Both the position numbers and the translations under genes were made by a program. Source: Desulfobacterales bacterium (GTDB lineage Bacteria > Desulfobacterota > Desulfobacteria > Desulfobacterales > UBA5852). From it: a stretch of DNA of 64,000 bases. The notes under the pieces were generated by a model, which was not told where the DNA came from, searched no databases, and worked only from the letters and a program-made list of their open reading frames with translations. Within the stretch, counting starts at the first letter, position 1. Each line of letters begins with the position of its first letter. The stretch covers positions 1,312,001 through 1,376,000 of the forward strand of contig CAXXVS010000003.1 in NCBI GenBank assembly GCA_963674755.2. The letters run 5' to 3'. This document shows, one piece after another, positions 54,529 to 64,000 of the stretch.

Positions 54529-55101
54529 CTATTTGAATGCGGCGTGGCAGTCCTTTTTCAGCTGATCGATGTCGGCACAGGCCGCCTTGAACGCCTCCCA
54601 GCGTTTGGCCTCGAAAGCTTCCGCCAGTCGGCGGCAGGCTTCACGATAGGCGGAATAACAGGATTCGCCGTATTTTTCACCTGGAAAGGACATCATCAAT
54701 CCGGAATCGGATAGGAAGGCGTTCATGATGGCCGGCTCCGGAAGTTTTTGAGCCGCGAGGGATTCCCCGATGTCCCGGAAGGATGATTTCAGTCTTTTCT
54801 TCAGCGATTTGTAGTTGACCTCAGGTTGTGCGGCCGGGGCGGCGTTCTCCTCTCCGTGCGCGCCGCTGCATTCCGCTTCCGGATTCTCCGGCGGTTCGGC
54901 TTTGATCTTGATCTTTATCTCCCAGCCATTGTCCCGGGCCTTGCCCCTGACTTCCAGCTTGACGATGGGCTCGGGCAGATCGGCCAGTTCGGCGGGCAGG
55001 CCATCGGTCTGCTTCTCAAGCGCATGGGCCAGCTGGCGCAGATAGGACGGCAGGTTTTCAAACGGCATTTCCTGTTTTATTTTGCGTTCCGAAGCTTTCA
55101 T
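54529..55101 (-). CDS. GAK system XXXCH-domain protein
   Basis: YKSLKKRLK helical domain ending LKKDCHAAFK; divergent from the GAK operon. Confidence 0.85.
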   Translation of the reverse strand: MKASERKIKQEMPFENLPSYLRQLAHALEKQTDGLPAELADLPEPIVKLEVRGKARDNGWEIKIKIKAEPPENPEAECSGAHGEENAAPAAQPEVNYKSLKKRLKSSFRDIGESLAAQKLPEPAIMNAFLSDSGLMMSFPGEKYGESCYSAYREACRRLAEAFEAKRWEAFKAACADIDQLKKDCHAAFK

Positions 55102-55384
55102 GGTCTTCCCCCATTTTCCCAGTCTGATTTCCATGACCCGACAGGGCTTGCCGGAACGTTGCGGTCCCATTGCGATCCGTGCCCTGAGGTTTCTTCCCGT
55201 CGGAGGTCGTCTGCTGCCCGCCTTCTGCAAGAAACCGTCTTTTTTGGTCGAGCCCCGATTGGCAGTGCACTCCTATTTGCCTGCCGCTGGTTAGATTGGC
55301 ATTAGGACGGGCCATCAGAGAGAGACATCAGAAAAATTTGTTATTCTAGCACGGCGCTAACATGGAGCGAGCAAATTCGATGCT

Positions 55385-56626
55385 TTGGAAATAATTCATA
55401 CGCAAACACAGGTGGCCCAAGATGCATCGCCCGAACTTCGATCCGCTAGGTTTCGCCCAATGACCCGGTTACAAGCGCCCCAAAAAACCGAATGGTTTTC
55501 AGTCATTCCCGATAAGATCCCCGAAGCCGTCACCGAAGGTGATGCCAAGATTTTCGATGCGATTACCGCCGTCCATCTCTCCAAAGTCCAGGAGCAGCGG
55601 ATCAGCGAGCCCGAGCGGGTTTTCCCGCAGCAGGAGAATGTGCTGGCCATCCACTGGCATCCCGAATTCGTCCCCATGCCGCTGATCACCAAGCGTATCG
55701 AGAGCATGTATCCGGACAAGCGTTGCTCATTGGTCATCCCGACCCAGCACAATGCCGTCACCACTTACGGTGACTATGCCGGGGTCGAAGTCGATTGCTA
55801 TTCACGCGGCTTCAACCAAAAGGTTCAGCTCCTGCTGCATTTTGTCAAAGCGCGCCTGGATAGTGCTGATCTGTTCAAGTCCATCTTGGCCCACACCTTC
55901 AAATACCGCTCATCCCAATTGTTTGAATTCATGCATACGATCACCAAACCGGTGGAAGCGCGCATTACCGCGGCGGCGCGGGAAACCGGGGCCAACGAAG
56001 CCCTGATCCGCTTCACGCGTGTCTACGTCAAAAAGATCGAGCAGCTGCTGGCAACCAAGGGTGGGGACCTGCCCCCCGAGATGATCAAGAATAAGATCCT
56101 GCGCAATTTTTTCGATGGATTGCGGGAGCAGTATGGCGATGCCCTTATCGATCGCACCCAAACCTACCTCAAGGCCGTCAAGGCCTGGGTAAAAGCCGAG
56201 TTCCCGCTGCCGTATTTTTACCGGACTTCGGAAGTGATCGAGGAGGCGCGGGCCCTGGGGGCCGGTATCGTCATCCCGCATCCCGAGCAATTCTGGCCCA
56301 TTTTGCTGGCCGACTACGATGTGGATGGCATCGAGGTCTGGAACCCGCAGTCGCGCACCTATACGGAATTTTTAATATCGGTGATCAACCGCAAGAACCG
56401 CTGCGGTGTCGGACTTTCGAAGCGCAACCTTCTGATTTTTATGGGAGACGACACCCATATGGCGGAAAAGACGCGCGATCCTAAGATTCAGGATCCTGAA
56501 AAGGCCTCCCGCGAGATCGGCTTTCAGCCGGCCTGGGAGGATTTCAGCATTCGCAAGGCGCTCATCCGAGCCGATGCCAGTCGCCGCAAGGTCATTCAGG
56601 AATACAAGCAACGCCTGGGGCAGTAG
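55385..56626 (+). CDS. PHP-like metallophosphoesterase with a large insertion (GAK-associated)
   Basis: IHWH, IPHP, DGIEVWNP and MGDDTH resemble PHP metal-binding motifs. Start uncertain (TTG 55385 or ATG 55460). Confidence 0.65.
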   Translation: MEIIHTQTQVAQDASPELRSARFRPMTRLQAPQKTEWFSVIPDKIPEAVTEGDAKIFDAITAVHLSKVQEQRISEPERVFPQQENVLAIHWHPEFVPMPLITKRIESMYPDKRCSLVIPTQHNAVTTYGDYAGVEVDCYSRGFNQKVQLLLHFVKARLDSADLFKSILAHTFKYRSSQLFEFMHTITKPVEARITAAARETGANEALIRFTRVYVKKIEQLLATKGGDLPPEMIKNKILRNFFDGLREQYGDALIDRTQTYLKAVKAWVKAEFPLPYFYRTSEVIEEARALGAGIVIPHPEQFWPILLADYDVDGIEVWNPQSRTYTEFLISVINRKNRCGVGLSKRNLLIFMGDDTHMAEKTRDPKIQDPEKASREIGFQPAWEDFSIRKALIRADASRRKVIQEYKQRLGQ

Positions 56627-56650
56627 GCATGTGAGGAGGAAGGCGAGGCC

Positions 56651-56917
56651 ATGGCCGATTACGGCAGTTTCGAGTATGAGTCCTACCAGGATCTGGATAC
56701 CATCCAGAAGTTTTTTGAATCGCTCAACCAGGGTTTCGCCAAGGAGCGGATCATCTTCAGCTCGGGCGACGATATCATCGAGCTGGAGCCCAAAAATCTC
56801 CTCAGGTTTTCCGTGCAGGCCAAGAAGAAAGAAGACAAAACCAAACTGAGCATCAAGATTTCCTGGAAAGAAGGTAAGATCAAGGCGACCAAGACCGATC
56901 TGGAAATCGGATCCTGA
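56651..56917 (+). CDS. amphi-Trp domain protein
   Basis: GAGGAGG RBS; amphipathic helix and strands ending KLSIKISWK. Confidence 0.85.
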   Translation: MADYGSFEYESYQDLDTIQKFFESLNQGFAKERIIFSSGDDIIELEPKNLLRFSVQAKKKEDKTKLSIKISWKEGKIKATKTDLEIGS

Positions 56918-58558
56918 GTGATGATTACCTTCGAAACCCTTGAAGAAAACCTCAAATTCCTGGTGCTGGAAGTCGAAAGCCAGATTATCTTGACCTTCCG
57001 TCTGCTCAACGATGCCGAGCCGGATTTGCTGGAAAAGGTCAACGCCAAAGATGACTACGTCGACAACTTGAAGACGATCATCGAAAACGAGTGTTTTTCC
57101 CGCCTGCACTGCGAAGCGGGGGAGGGCGCCGATGGGATCAAGATGCTTCGCGCGGCCCAGGCGATTGCCGTCAATCTGGAGCGCATCGCCGATTTTTGCG
57201 TCAATATCGCCCGTCAAACCGAGTATTTGATCGAATTCACCCAGCTGCACCAGTCCAATTTTCAGGAAATGTTCATCCTGATCCAGGAAAGCACCCAACA
57301 TATTCTGCCTGCCCTGCAGAAGCGGGATCTTGCGGAAGCGCTGACGATTTGCCGGTCCGAGCAGCAGCTGGATGAACTCTACAAGGAGAATTTCGACTGG
57401 ATCATGGCCCGCCTGCGAACCGGGCACTATGTCGAGGACCTGATCACCACCCTTTTTATTTTCCGCTATCTGGAGCGCATCGGCGACTCCTTGCTGAACA
57501 TCGGCGAAGCCCTGTTATTCGCCGCCACCGGCGAACGGATCAAGATCGAGCAGTTCGATGCGCTCAAAGCGGTCCTGGCCCACGCCGGTCTGAAAGAACC
57601 GCTGAGCGGGGCGGAATTCAAAGCCATCTGGGGATCGCGCTCGGGCTGTCGGATCGGCCGGGTGGGGATTGCCGATCCGCAATCCGAATCGGTGCAGGGG
57701 CTTTTCAAAGAAGGCAACAAGGCCAAAATCCGCAAGGAAAAGGAAAACATCGAGCAATGGGAGAAAATTCGGCCGGGGCTGGCACCGCGTATTTTGGGCT
57801 ATCGGGAAAACGGCGATAAAGCGTCCATGCTGGTCCAGTTCCTGCCGGGCCTTACCCTGGACGCGGTCATTTTGGGAAGTGATGACAAGACCTTGCAGCA
57901 GGCCATGACCGCCCTTGAAAAAACCCTGCTGGACGTGTGGCAGCACACCCTTGATGTCGAACCGGTCGCAACGGACTACATGGGGCAGCTCAAGACCCGC
58001 CTGGAAACCGTGCGGCGCGTGCATCCCGGCTTCAGACGCATCGGAAAGGCGATCGAAACCTTCGAAATCCGTTCTTCCGAGAAACTCATCGACCGCTGCG
58101 CCGCCATCGAAAAGACCTACCCGGCGCCTTTCAGTATCCAGATTCATGGCGACTTCAATACGAACAATGTCATTTTCAATACCGAAAACGACCACGTCAA
58201 CTATATCGATTTCCACCGCTCCCGGAAGGCCGATTATATCCAGGACGTTTCGGTCTTCCTGGTGTCCAATTTCCGGATGCCGGTCTTCGAGGCCACCCTG
58301 CGGGAGCGTATCAACCAGGTCACCCGCCGCTTTTTTGACTTCAGCCTCCGGTTTGCCCGTCAGCATGACGATCAGGCCTTCGAGCTGCGTCTGGCCCTGG
58401 CCTTGGCCCGTTCGTTTTACACCTCCACCCGTTTCGAGCTGAACCAGACCTTTTCCCATGACATGTTCACCCGCGCCCATTACCTGATGGAAAAAGTGCT
58501 GGACCACCAGAAACCGGCGGATTCCTTTTGCCTGAAACGTGAGGTGCTCTTCTATTGA
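56918..58558 (+). CDS. PhoU-domain plus APH-like phosphotransferase fusion
   Basis: Two PhoU repeats (NLERIADFCVNI, YLERIGDSLLNIGE); kinase motifs HGDFNTNN and IDF. Confidence 0.85.
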   Translation: MMITFETLEENLKFLVLEVESQIILTFRLLNDAEPDLLEKVNAKDDYVDNLKTIIENECFSRLHCEAGEGADGIKMLRAAQAIAVNLERIADFCVNIARQTEYLIEFTQLHQSNFQEMFILIQESTQHILPALQKRDLAEALTICRSEQQLDELYKENFDWIMARLRTGHYVEDLITTLFIFRYLERIGDSLLNIGEALLFAATGERIKIEQFDALKAVLAHAGLKEPLSGAEFKAIWGSRSGCRIGRVGIADPQSESVQGLFKEGNKAKIRKEKENIEQWEKIRPGLAPRILGYRENGDKASMLVQFLPGLTLDAVILGSDDKTLQQAMTALEKTLLDVWQHTLDVEPVATDYMGQLKTRLETVRRVHPGFRRIGKAIETFEIRSSEKLIDRCAAIEKTYPAPFSIQIHGDFNTNNVIFNTENDHVNYIDFHRSRKADYIQDVSVFLVSNFRMPVFEATLRERINQVTRRFFDFSLRFARQHDDQAFELRLALALARSFYTSTRFELNQTFSHDMFTRAHYLMEKVLDHQKPADSFCLKREVLFY

Positions 58559-58644
58559 GCGTCCGGCACGGGGAAAATGGGCCTGGCACGGCAGGCGGTT
58601 CATCAGGAGCGGGATTGGGAACACGACGCATGGAAAGGAACGGC

Positions 58645-59523
58645 ATGCAACCAAAAATAGGCGTCGTCGGCACGCCGGGCGGGTGGTCCTCGGAGAAGCT
58701 CGCGGATACGGTGGCCGACATGACAGGCTGCCGTCTCCTGATCGATATGGCCCGCCTGACGCTGGATTTCGTCGACGGCCGGGCCTGGTTCGAAGATACG
58801 GATATCAGCGCTTTGGATGCCCTGATTATCAAGAAGATCGGTGCCTGGTATTCGCCCGATCTTCTTGATCGGTTGGAGATGCTGCGTTTTTTGAACCAGC
58901 GGGGCCTGCCGATTTTTTCTTCACCGTTCAATATCATGCGGGTGTTGGACCGCTTGAGCTGCACAGTTACCTTGCAGCTGGCGGATATCCCCATGCCGCC
59001 CACGACCATCACCGAGGACGTCGATGCGGCCACGGCGGCCGTTGCGCGCTACGGCGAGGCCGTGTTCAAACCCCTCTACTCCACCAAAGCCAAAGGCATG
59101 CTGCTGCTGCGCCACGGGCCGGAGGTGAAGAAAATGGTCGCGGCCTATCATAACGAGAATCCCATCATGTATATCCAGCAAAAATTGGACGTTCCTGGCA
59201 AAGATCTGGGAATCGCCTTTCTAGGGGGCCGGTACCTGACGACCTATGCCAGGGTCAAAGGGCAGGGCGCCTGGAATACCACGACCCGCTCCGGGGGGCA
59301 CTACGCGCCGTTCGAGCCTTCGGCCGACCTGATCGACCTGGCGTATAAGGCCCAGGCGCCTTTCGGCCTGGATTTTACCTGCGTCGATGTGGCCGAAACG
59401 CCGGACGGGCCGATCGTATTCGAAGTATCGGCCTTTGGCGGTTTCCGCGGTATCGAGACGGCCAGCGGCATCGATGCCGCCCGACGCTATGTTGAATTTG
59501 TATTGGAAAGGATCCGGTCATGA
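58645..59523 (+). CDS. GAK system ATP-grasp enzyme (RimK-like)
   Basis: PMPPT, VFKPLYSTKAKG, WNTTTRSGG, CVDV, FEVSAFGGF. Confidence 0.88.
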   Translation: MQPKIGVVGTPGGWSSEKLADTVADMTGCRLLIDMARLTLDFVDGRAWFEDTDISALDALIIKKIGAWYSPDLLDRLEMLRFLNQRGLPIFSSPFNIMRVLDRLSCTVTLQLADIPMPPTTITEDVDAATAAVARYGEAVFKPLYSTKAKGMLLLRHGPEVKKMVAAYHNENPIMYIQQKLDVPGKDLGIAFLGGRYLTTYARVKGQGAWNTTTRSGGHYAPFEPSADLIDLAYKAQAPFGLDFTCVDVAETPDGPIVFEVSAFGGFRGIETASGIDAARRYVEFVLERIRS

Positions 59524-60614
59524 AGGTCTTGTATGAGAGCCGCCAGGCCCTTGTGGCCCGCATCCGGGAGGAACTGCCCGCCGACCGGCCGCTTTATCTG
59601 CGCTTCGGCCGGTGTGTGCTGGCTGTTTATGCCAACCGGACGGAGATCGTCGAGGGCCTGGAACGCTATTTCAAGCCTTTTGTCAGCGAAAGCCGCGATG
59701 CCGCGATCCGGATCAGCGTCCACGACTCGCCGGAATACCGGCTGCCCGTCAACTACACGGTGAAAACGCCCGATCCCGGGAAGACCAAGATCAAGGAAGA
59801 ATATGTCGACCTGGACGATGGCCGCATCGTGCGCAAACGGTTGACCGGTATGCTGTTTGTCTTCGGCGGAGGTCAAAACGTGGCGGTGGGGCCCTGCGGC
59901 GCAAACCTCAACCAGGTCATCAACTTCATCAACAACCGCTATATCGAGTGGCTGTTATGCCAGGCCTGCCTGTTGGGCCATGCCGCCGGGGTGATCCTCA
60001 ACGGCCGGGGACTGGCCCTGGCCGGTTTTTCCGGGGCGGGCAAATCGACCCTGGCCCTGCATCTCATGAACGAAGGGGCCACCTTCATCTCCAACGACCG
60101 GCTGATGATCCAAAAGCGCCAAAACGGATTGGTGATGCACGGCGTGGCCAAAATGCCGCGCATCAACCCGGGCACGGCCCTCAACAACCCTTACCTCAAG
60201 AAAATCATGAGCGCCGAGGAGCAGGATCGTTTCGCATCTTTGCCCGAAGACGCGCTTTGGGACCTGGAGCATAAATACGATGCCCTCATCACGGACTGTT
60301 ATGGCCCGAACCGTTTCGAGCTGCAGGCCGCCATGCGCGGCCTGGTGCTGCTGAACTGGCGGCGTGACGGGGGGGCGACCGAGGTCGTACAGGTGGATCT
60401 GGACGAGCGCCGGGACCTGCTGCCGGCCTTCATGAAAAACGTCGGCCTTTTTTTTCTGCCTGCCCCAAGGTGCCAAATGCCGCCGCCCAAGGAAGAAACA
60501 TATATCGATTTCCTGTCGCGTTGCCGTGTGCTTGAAATCAGAGGCGGGGTCGATTTTGACGTCGCCACCCGGGCGTGTCTGCGGTTCGTTCGCAGCGAAC
60601 CGGAATTGGTATAG
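59520..60614 (+). CDS. HprK-related kinase B
   Basis: GHAAGV, Walker A GFSGAGKST, FISNDR, PRINPGT. Confidence 0.85.
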   Translation: MKVLYESRQALVARIREELPADRPLYLRFGRCVLAVYANRTEIVEGLERYFKPFVSESRDAAIRISVHDSPEYRLPVNYTVKTPDPGKTKIKEEYVDLDDGRIVRKRLTGMLFVFGGGQNVAVGPCGANLNQVINFINNRYIEWLLCQACLLGHAAGVILNGRGLALAGFSGAGKSTLALHLMNEGATFISNDRLMIQKRQNGLVMHGVAKMPRINPGTALNNPYLKKIMSAEEQDRFASLPEDALWDLEHKYDALITDCYGPNRFELQAAMRGLVLLNWRRDGGATEVVQVDLDERRDLLPAFMKNVGLFFLPAPRCQMPPPKEETYIDFLSRCRVLEIRGGVDFDVATRACLRFVRSEPELV

Positions 60615-60621
60615 GCGGCCC

Positions 60622-61827
60622 GTGCAGATCGAGATCACCCACACCGTTGACCTCCCCGACCCGCGTCGTATGGAGCTCTTGCGCCGCAACCCCGACCTGG
60701 GGCCGCGTATTTTGTTCTTCAGCGGCGGCAACGCCCTGCGCAAGACCAGCGAAGAACTGGTCTACTACACCCACAATTCGATCCATCTCATCACGCCGGT
60801 GGATTCGGGCGGCAGCTCGGCCGTGTTGCGGGAGGCCTTCCAAATGCCGGCCATCGGCGACATTCGCAATCGGCTGATGGCACTGGCCGACCGCGGGTTG
60901 GCCGGCAATCCGGAAATCTTCAGACTCTTCGCCTATCGGCTGCCCCGGACGGCGGACCAGTCAACTCTGGAGGATGAGCTGGCCCAAATGGCCCAGGGGA
61001 ACCATCGCCTGGTGCAACGGGTGCAGGACCCGATGCGCAAGATCGTGCGCAATTTTCTGCAGTCTTTTCTCGAAATGATGTCAGGCGCCGATCTTCCGCA
61101 GCGGTTTGACCTGCGCGGCGCCAGTATCGGCAACCTGATCCTGACGGCCGGCTATCTTATGAACCGCCGGCATTTCGATCCGGCGATCTTTATCTTTTCG
61201 AAGCTGGTCAATGTCCGTGGCACGGTGCGTCCCATCGTCAATGCCAATTTGCATCTGGTGGCGGAATTGGAGGATGGGCAGATTCTCGTCGGGCAACACC
61301 TGTTGACCGGTAAAGAGGTGCCGCCTATCGATGCCCGGGTTAAAACCGTGTTTCTGAGCGAGTCGCGGAAGGCGCCCGTGGCCACCAACCTGTCCATCCG
61401 GGAGAAGATGGACGCGCTTATCCGCTCTGCGGATTTGATCTGCTACCCGATGGGCAGTTTTTACTCCAGCCTGCTGTCGAACGTCATGCTGGGCGGGGTG
61501 GCCAACGCCATCCGGCGCAATCCATGCTCCAAGGTCTTCATTCCCAACACCGGGACCGACCCCGAACTCTTCGGCCACAGCCTGGCCGATCAGGTCGAGA
61601 CCCTGCTGGAAACCCTGAAAAGAGGTGATCCCGTACCTATCGAGGATTCCGACGTCCTTAACTATATTCTTGTGGACGAGCGCAACGGCAATTATCCCGG
61701 CCGCATCGAACGGGACGCGCTGGCCCGCCGGGGAATCCATATGATCAACTGCCGGCTGGTGAGTCTGCGCAGCCAGCCCTACATTGACGAAAAGATGCTG
61801 GTGCCGATCCTGCTGTCGCTTGCCTGA
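60622..61827 (+). CDS. GAK system CofD/YvcK-like protein
   Basis: FFSGGNAL, DSGGSS, GDIRNRL, SIGNLIL, YPMGSFYSS; GTG start. Confidence 0.87.
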   Translation: MQIEITHTVDLPDPRRMELLRRNPDLGPRILFFSGGNALRKTSEELVYYTHNSIHLITPVDSGGSSAVLREAFQMPAIGDIRNRLMALADRGLAGNPEIFRLFAYRLPRTADQSTLEDELAQMAQGNHRLVQRVQDPMRKIVRNFLQSFLEMMSGADLPQRFDLRGASIGNLILTAGYLMNRRHFDPAIFIFSKLVNVRGTVRPIVNANLHLVAELEDGQILVGQHLLTGKEVPPIDARVKTVFLSESRKAPVATNLSIREKMDALIRSADLICYPMGSFYSSLLSNVMLGGVANAIRRNPCSKVFIPNTGTDPELFGHSLADQVETLLETLKRGDPVPIEDSDVLNYILVDERNGNYPGRIERDALARRGIHMINCRLVSLRSQPYIDEKMLVPILLSLA

Positions 61828-61894
61828 GATGGGGCGCGGCCCGATCGACAATATGCGTATATAAACTGGACATCAACTGAGAGGAGGTAAAACG

Positions 61895-62191
61895 ATGGGG
61901 GACAACAAGATAGGCTACAAACGCATGGTCGACATCAACGAGGCGGTTAGCTATCTGGAGGCGCTGGCCCAGAGTTTGCGGGACGGCCGGATCGTCGTCC
62001 AGCATGGCGAAAAGGCCCTGGAGTTGACACCGCCGACGGTCGTGGGGCTTGAGATCGAGGCCAAACAAAAGAAGGACAAAACCAAATTCGGATTTGAAAT
62101 TGCTTGGAAGTACACGGCGGATCAGGACGGCGGTGAAGCGCTTGAAATTACCTCCGCGGCCGCTGGTGGTGAATTGCCGCCGGAGGCCTGA
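61895..62191 (+). CDS. amphi-Trp domain protein (second copy)
   Basis: GGAGGT RBS; YLEALAQSLRDG...KFGFEIAWK plus an acidic tail. Confidence 0.87.
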   Translation: MGDNKIGYKRMVDINEAVSYLEALAQSLRDGRIVVQHGEKALELTPPTVVGLEIEAKQKKDKTKFGFEIAWKYTADQDGGEALEITSAAAGGELPPEA

Positions 62192-62228
62192 GCGCCGCCA
62201 TCGCGCCGATTGGCAGACCGTTCACATT

Positions 62229-62262
62229 AAAAGGCCGCCCCGTGCTGAGACGGGGCGGCTTT
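62229..62262. terminator. Probable bidirectional intrinsic terminator
   Basis: AAAA-G-GCCGCCCCGT-loop-ACGGGGCGGC-TTT between the convergent GAK and phn genes. Confidence 0.7.
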
Positions 62263-62401
62263 CTGCTGGAATGCTTCCACCCCCGGTCAGGCGAAGGACG
62301 CCGGCGGCCCTGAAAATCTCCGCCGGGAGGATCGTTGCCGCTTGGCTGTTTCAGCCGGCGGTGCCAACCAGCGAGGCGGGACGCCTATGGCTGCGCCCCA
62401 T

Positions 62402-63511
62402 TCAAACGGCCCCTATCTGCCCCACGGCCTCGATCAGACGATGGATGTCCGCGGCATGAAGGTCGCCGATATTGCCGATGCGGAAGGTGGCCTGATCGGT
62501 CACTTTACCCGGATAGATCACAAAGCCCCGCGTTTTTAACGCATCATAGAAGCGTTTGAATTCCCAATCCTCCCGGTGGGGATATAGAAAGGCCGTGATG
62601 ATGGGCGATTGCCAGCGGGCCGGCAGCAGCGGCGGGAACCCGTGCCGCTCCATCCCTTCCACCAGAATACGATGATTCTCCGCATAGCGCGCATGCCGGG
62701 CGGCGATGCCGCCCTCGTCTTCCAGTTCGCGCAGGGCCTGGGAAAAGGCCCGCACCACATGGGTGGGTGAGGTGAAGCGCCATTTGCCGCCGTGATCTTC
62801 CATGGTCCGCCACTGGTCGTGGAGATCCAGGCTCAGGGAGCGGGCCTGGCCCGCGGTCGTTGCCAGAACAGACTTGCGCGCGATCACGAATCCGAAACCC
62901 GGGACGCCTTGGATGCATTTGTTGGCGCTGCTGATCAGGTAGTCCGTGCCAATGGCATTCCAATCCAGGGGAATGCCGCCAAAGCTGCTCATGGCATCCA
63001 CGATCAGACATCTGCCACTCGCTTTGACCAGGCGGCCGACCGCTTCGACGGGGTTGAGCATCCCGGTGGTGGTTTCGCAATGGACCACCGCGACATGGGT
63101 GATGGACGAATCGGACTGCAGCGCTGCCTCCAGGAGCTTCAGATCAGGGGGCGCGCATTCGTCGCCCTCCTGGGACAAGTGGTCGAGCCCGCTGCGCCGG
63201 GCGATTTCGACCATCCGTCGTCCATAGGCCCCATTGGCCAGCACCAGCAGTTTGCCCGTGGTCGGCACAGCCGTGGTGAGGGCCGCCTCCACGCAGAAGG
63301 TTCCGCTGCCCTGCATGAGGACGCTGGTAAAGGTATCGCCGGCGCTGGCCAATTGGACGAGGGCTTGCCGGATTTGCTGGACGAGGTCGTTGTAGTCGCG
63401 GTCCCAGGTGCACCAGTCCCGGTGCATGGCAGCCTTCACGGTTTTGGTCGTGCTCAGGGGGCCCGGAGTGAGCAGCAGGTAAGGATTGTCGGGCAGCGAT
63501 TCAGGATTCAT
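62402..63511 (-). CDS. phnW: 2-aminoethylphosphonate--pyruvate transaminase
   Basis: LLLTPGPL, DWCTWD, HCETTTG, DAMSSFGG, SSANKCIQGVPG, FVIYPGK. Confidence 0.95.
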   Translation of the reverse strand: MNPESLPDNPYLLLTPGPLSTTKTVKAAMHRDWCTWDRDYNDLVQQIRQALVQLASAGDTFTSVLMQGSGTFCVEAALTTAVPTTGKLLVLANGAYGRRMVEIARRSGLDHLSQEGDECAPPDLKLLEAALQSDSSITHVAVVHCETTTGMLNPVEAVGRLVKASGRCLIVDAMSSFGGIPLDWNAIGTDYLISSANKCIQGVPGFGFVIARKSVLATTAGQARSLSLDLHDQWRTMEDHGGKWRFTSPTHVVRAFSQALRELEDEGGIAARHARYAENHRILVEGMERHGFPPLLPARWQSPIITAFLYPHREDWEFKRFYDALKTRGFVIYPGKVTDQATFRIGNIGDLHAADIHRLIEAVGQIGAV

Positions 63512-63582
63512 GATCCCCCTTGTCGGGATTAAGGGTTTGACGGCGGCTCCAATGATGGCCATGGGCTGCGGTTGGCTCCGGG

Positions 63583-64000
63583 TCAGGAACCGTTGGGGTG
63601 GTCACCGTTCTTGACGCGCCGGCTGATATCCTCGATCACCGCCAGGCAGTCCCAGATGCCCTCCACCACGAAGTGGGCGCCGGCTTCCCGCATGCGGCCT
63701 TCGATGGCGGACAGCCGCTGCGCCAGTTCTTCACGGGGCAGGGCGTCGGCCTGGGCTTCGGTCAAGCCCAGTTCGTTGCCCGACCGGGTCAGGCCAACCG
63801 TCCACATGCCGGCGTTGCGGCCTTCCGCGACATCGCTGAGCGTATCGCCGATCTTGACCATGGCTTCAAACGGGTGGACCTGGAGCTGGATGGCGTTCTG
63901 GTAGCACATCCAGGGCCAAGGGCGGCCAGCCGGCACATCGGACGCACACACAGTGCAATCCGGTGCGTAGCCGCGTCGGGCGGCTTCCGGGACCAGCACG
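63583..64000 (-). CDS. phnX: Phosphonoacetaldehyde hydrolase, 3' part (partial at window edge)
   Basis: GRPWPWM, KIGDT, EGRNAGMWTVG, GNELGL, AGAHFV; directly upstream of phnW. Confidence 0.92.
   Translation of the reverse strand, partial: VLVPEAARRGYAPDCTVCASDVPAGRPWPWMCYQNAIQLQVHPFEAMVKIGDTLSDVAEGRNAGMWTVGLTRSGNELGLTEAQADALPREELAQRLSAIEGRMREAGAHFVVEGIWDCLAVIEDISRRVKNGDHPNGS

Overview
A 64-kb, GC-rich bacterial chromosomal segment; gene style suggests a Desulfobacterales-type sulfate reducer (inference). No rRNA, tRNA, CRISPR array or intact transposase was seen. From left to right: (1) the end of a MOSC gene, a truncated PAS/LuxR-type regulator, a 7-mer tandem repeat and a MOT1-like molybdate/sulfate transporter. 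(2) An eroded duplication zone with two divergent 817-aa Cache hybrid kinases, relics of the neighbouring PAS kinase and endonuclease IV genes, and an internally deleted acyl-CoA ligase. (3) A GntR-trpB-trpA operon followed by an aromatic/branched-chain-type ABC importer containing palindromic repeat elements. (4) TetR plus PP2C phosphatase, a NodIJ-like ABC pair plus YbaK, an NRAMP-USP fusion and a rhodanese-ferritin/FAD oxidoreductase pair. (5) A sigma54 activator facing a sigma54 operon (SCP2, CoA ligase, two DUF2148 Fe-S proteins, acyl-CoA dehydrogenase, thiolase, SDR) that lacks a hydratase. (6) An RND pump, cfa, a PilZ protein and a MASE3 kinase. (7) An eight-gene GAK system of unknown function converging on phnW-phnX. 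The best candidates for unexplained biology are the GAK locus, the twin-DUF2148 acyl-CoA operon, the GntR-trpBA-ABC module and a structure-conserved repeat family. All product calls come from motif recognition by eye; no database search was run.
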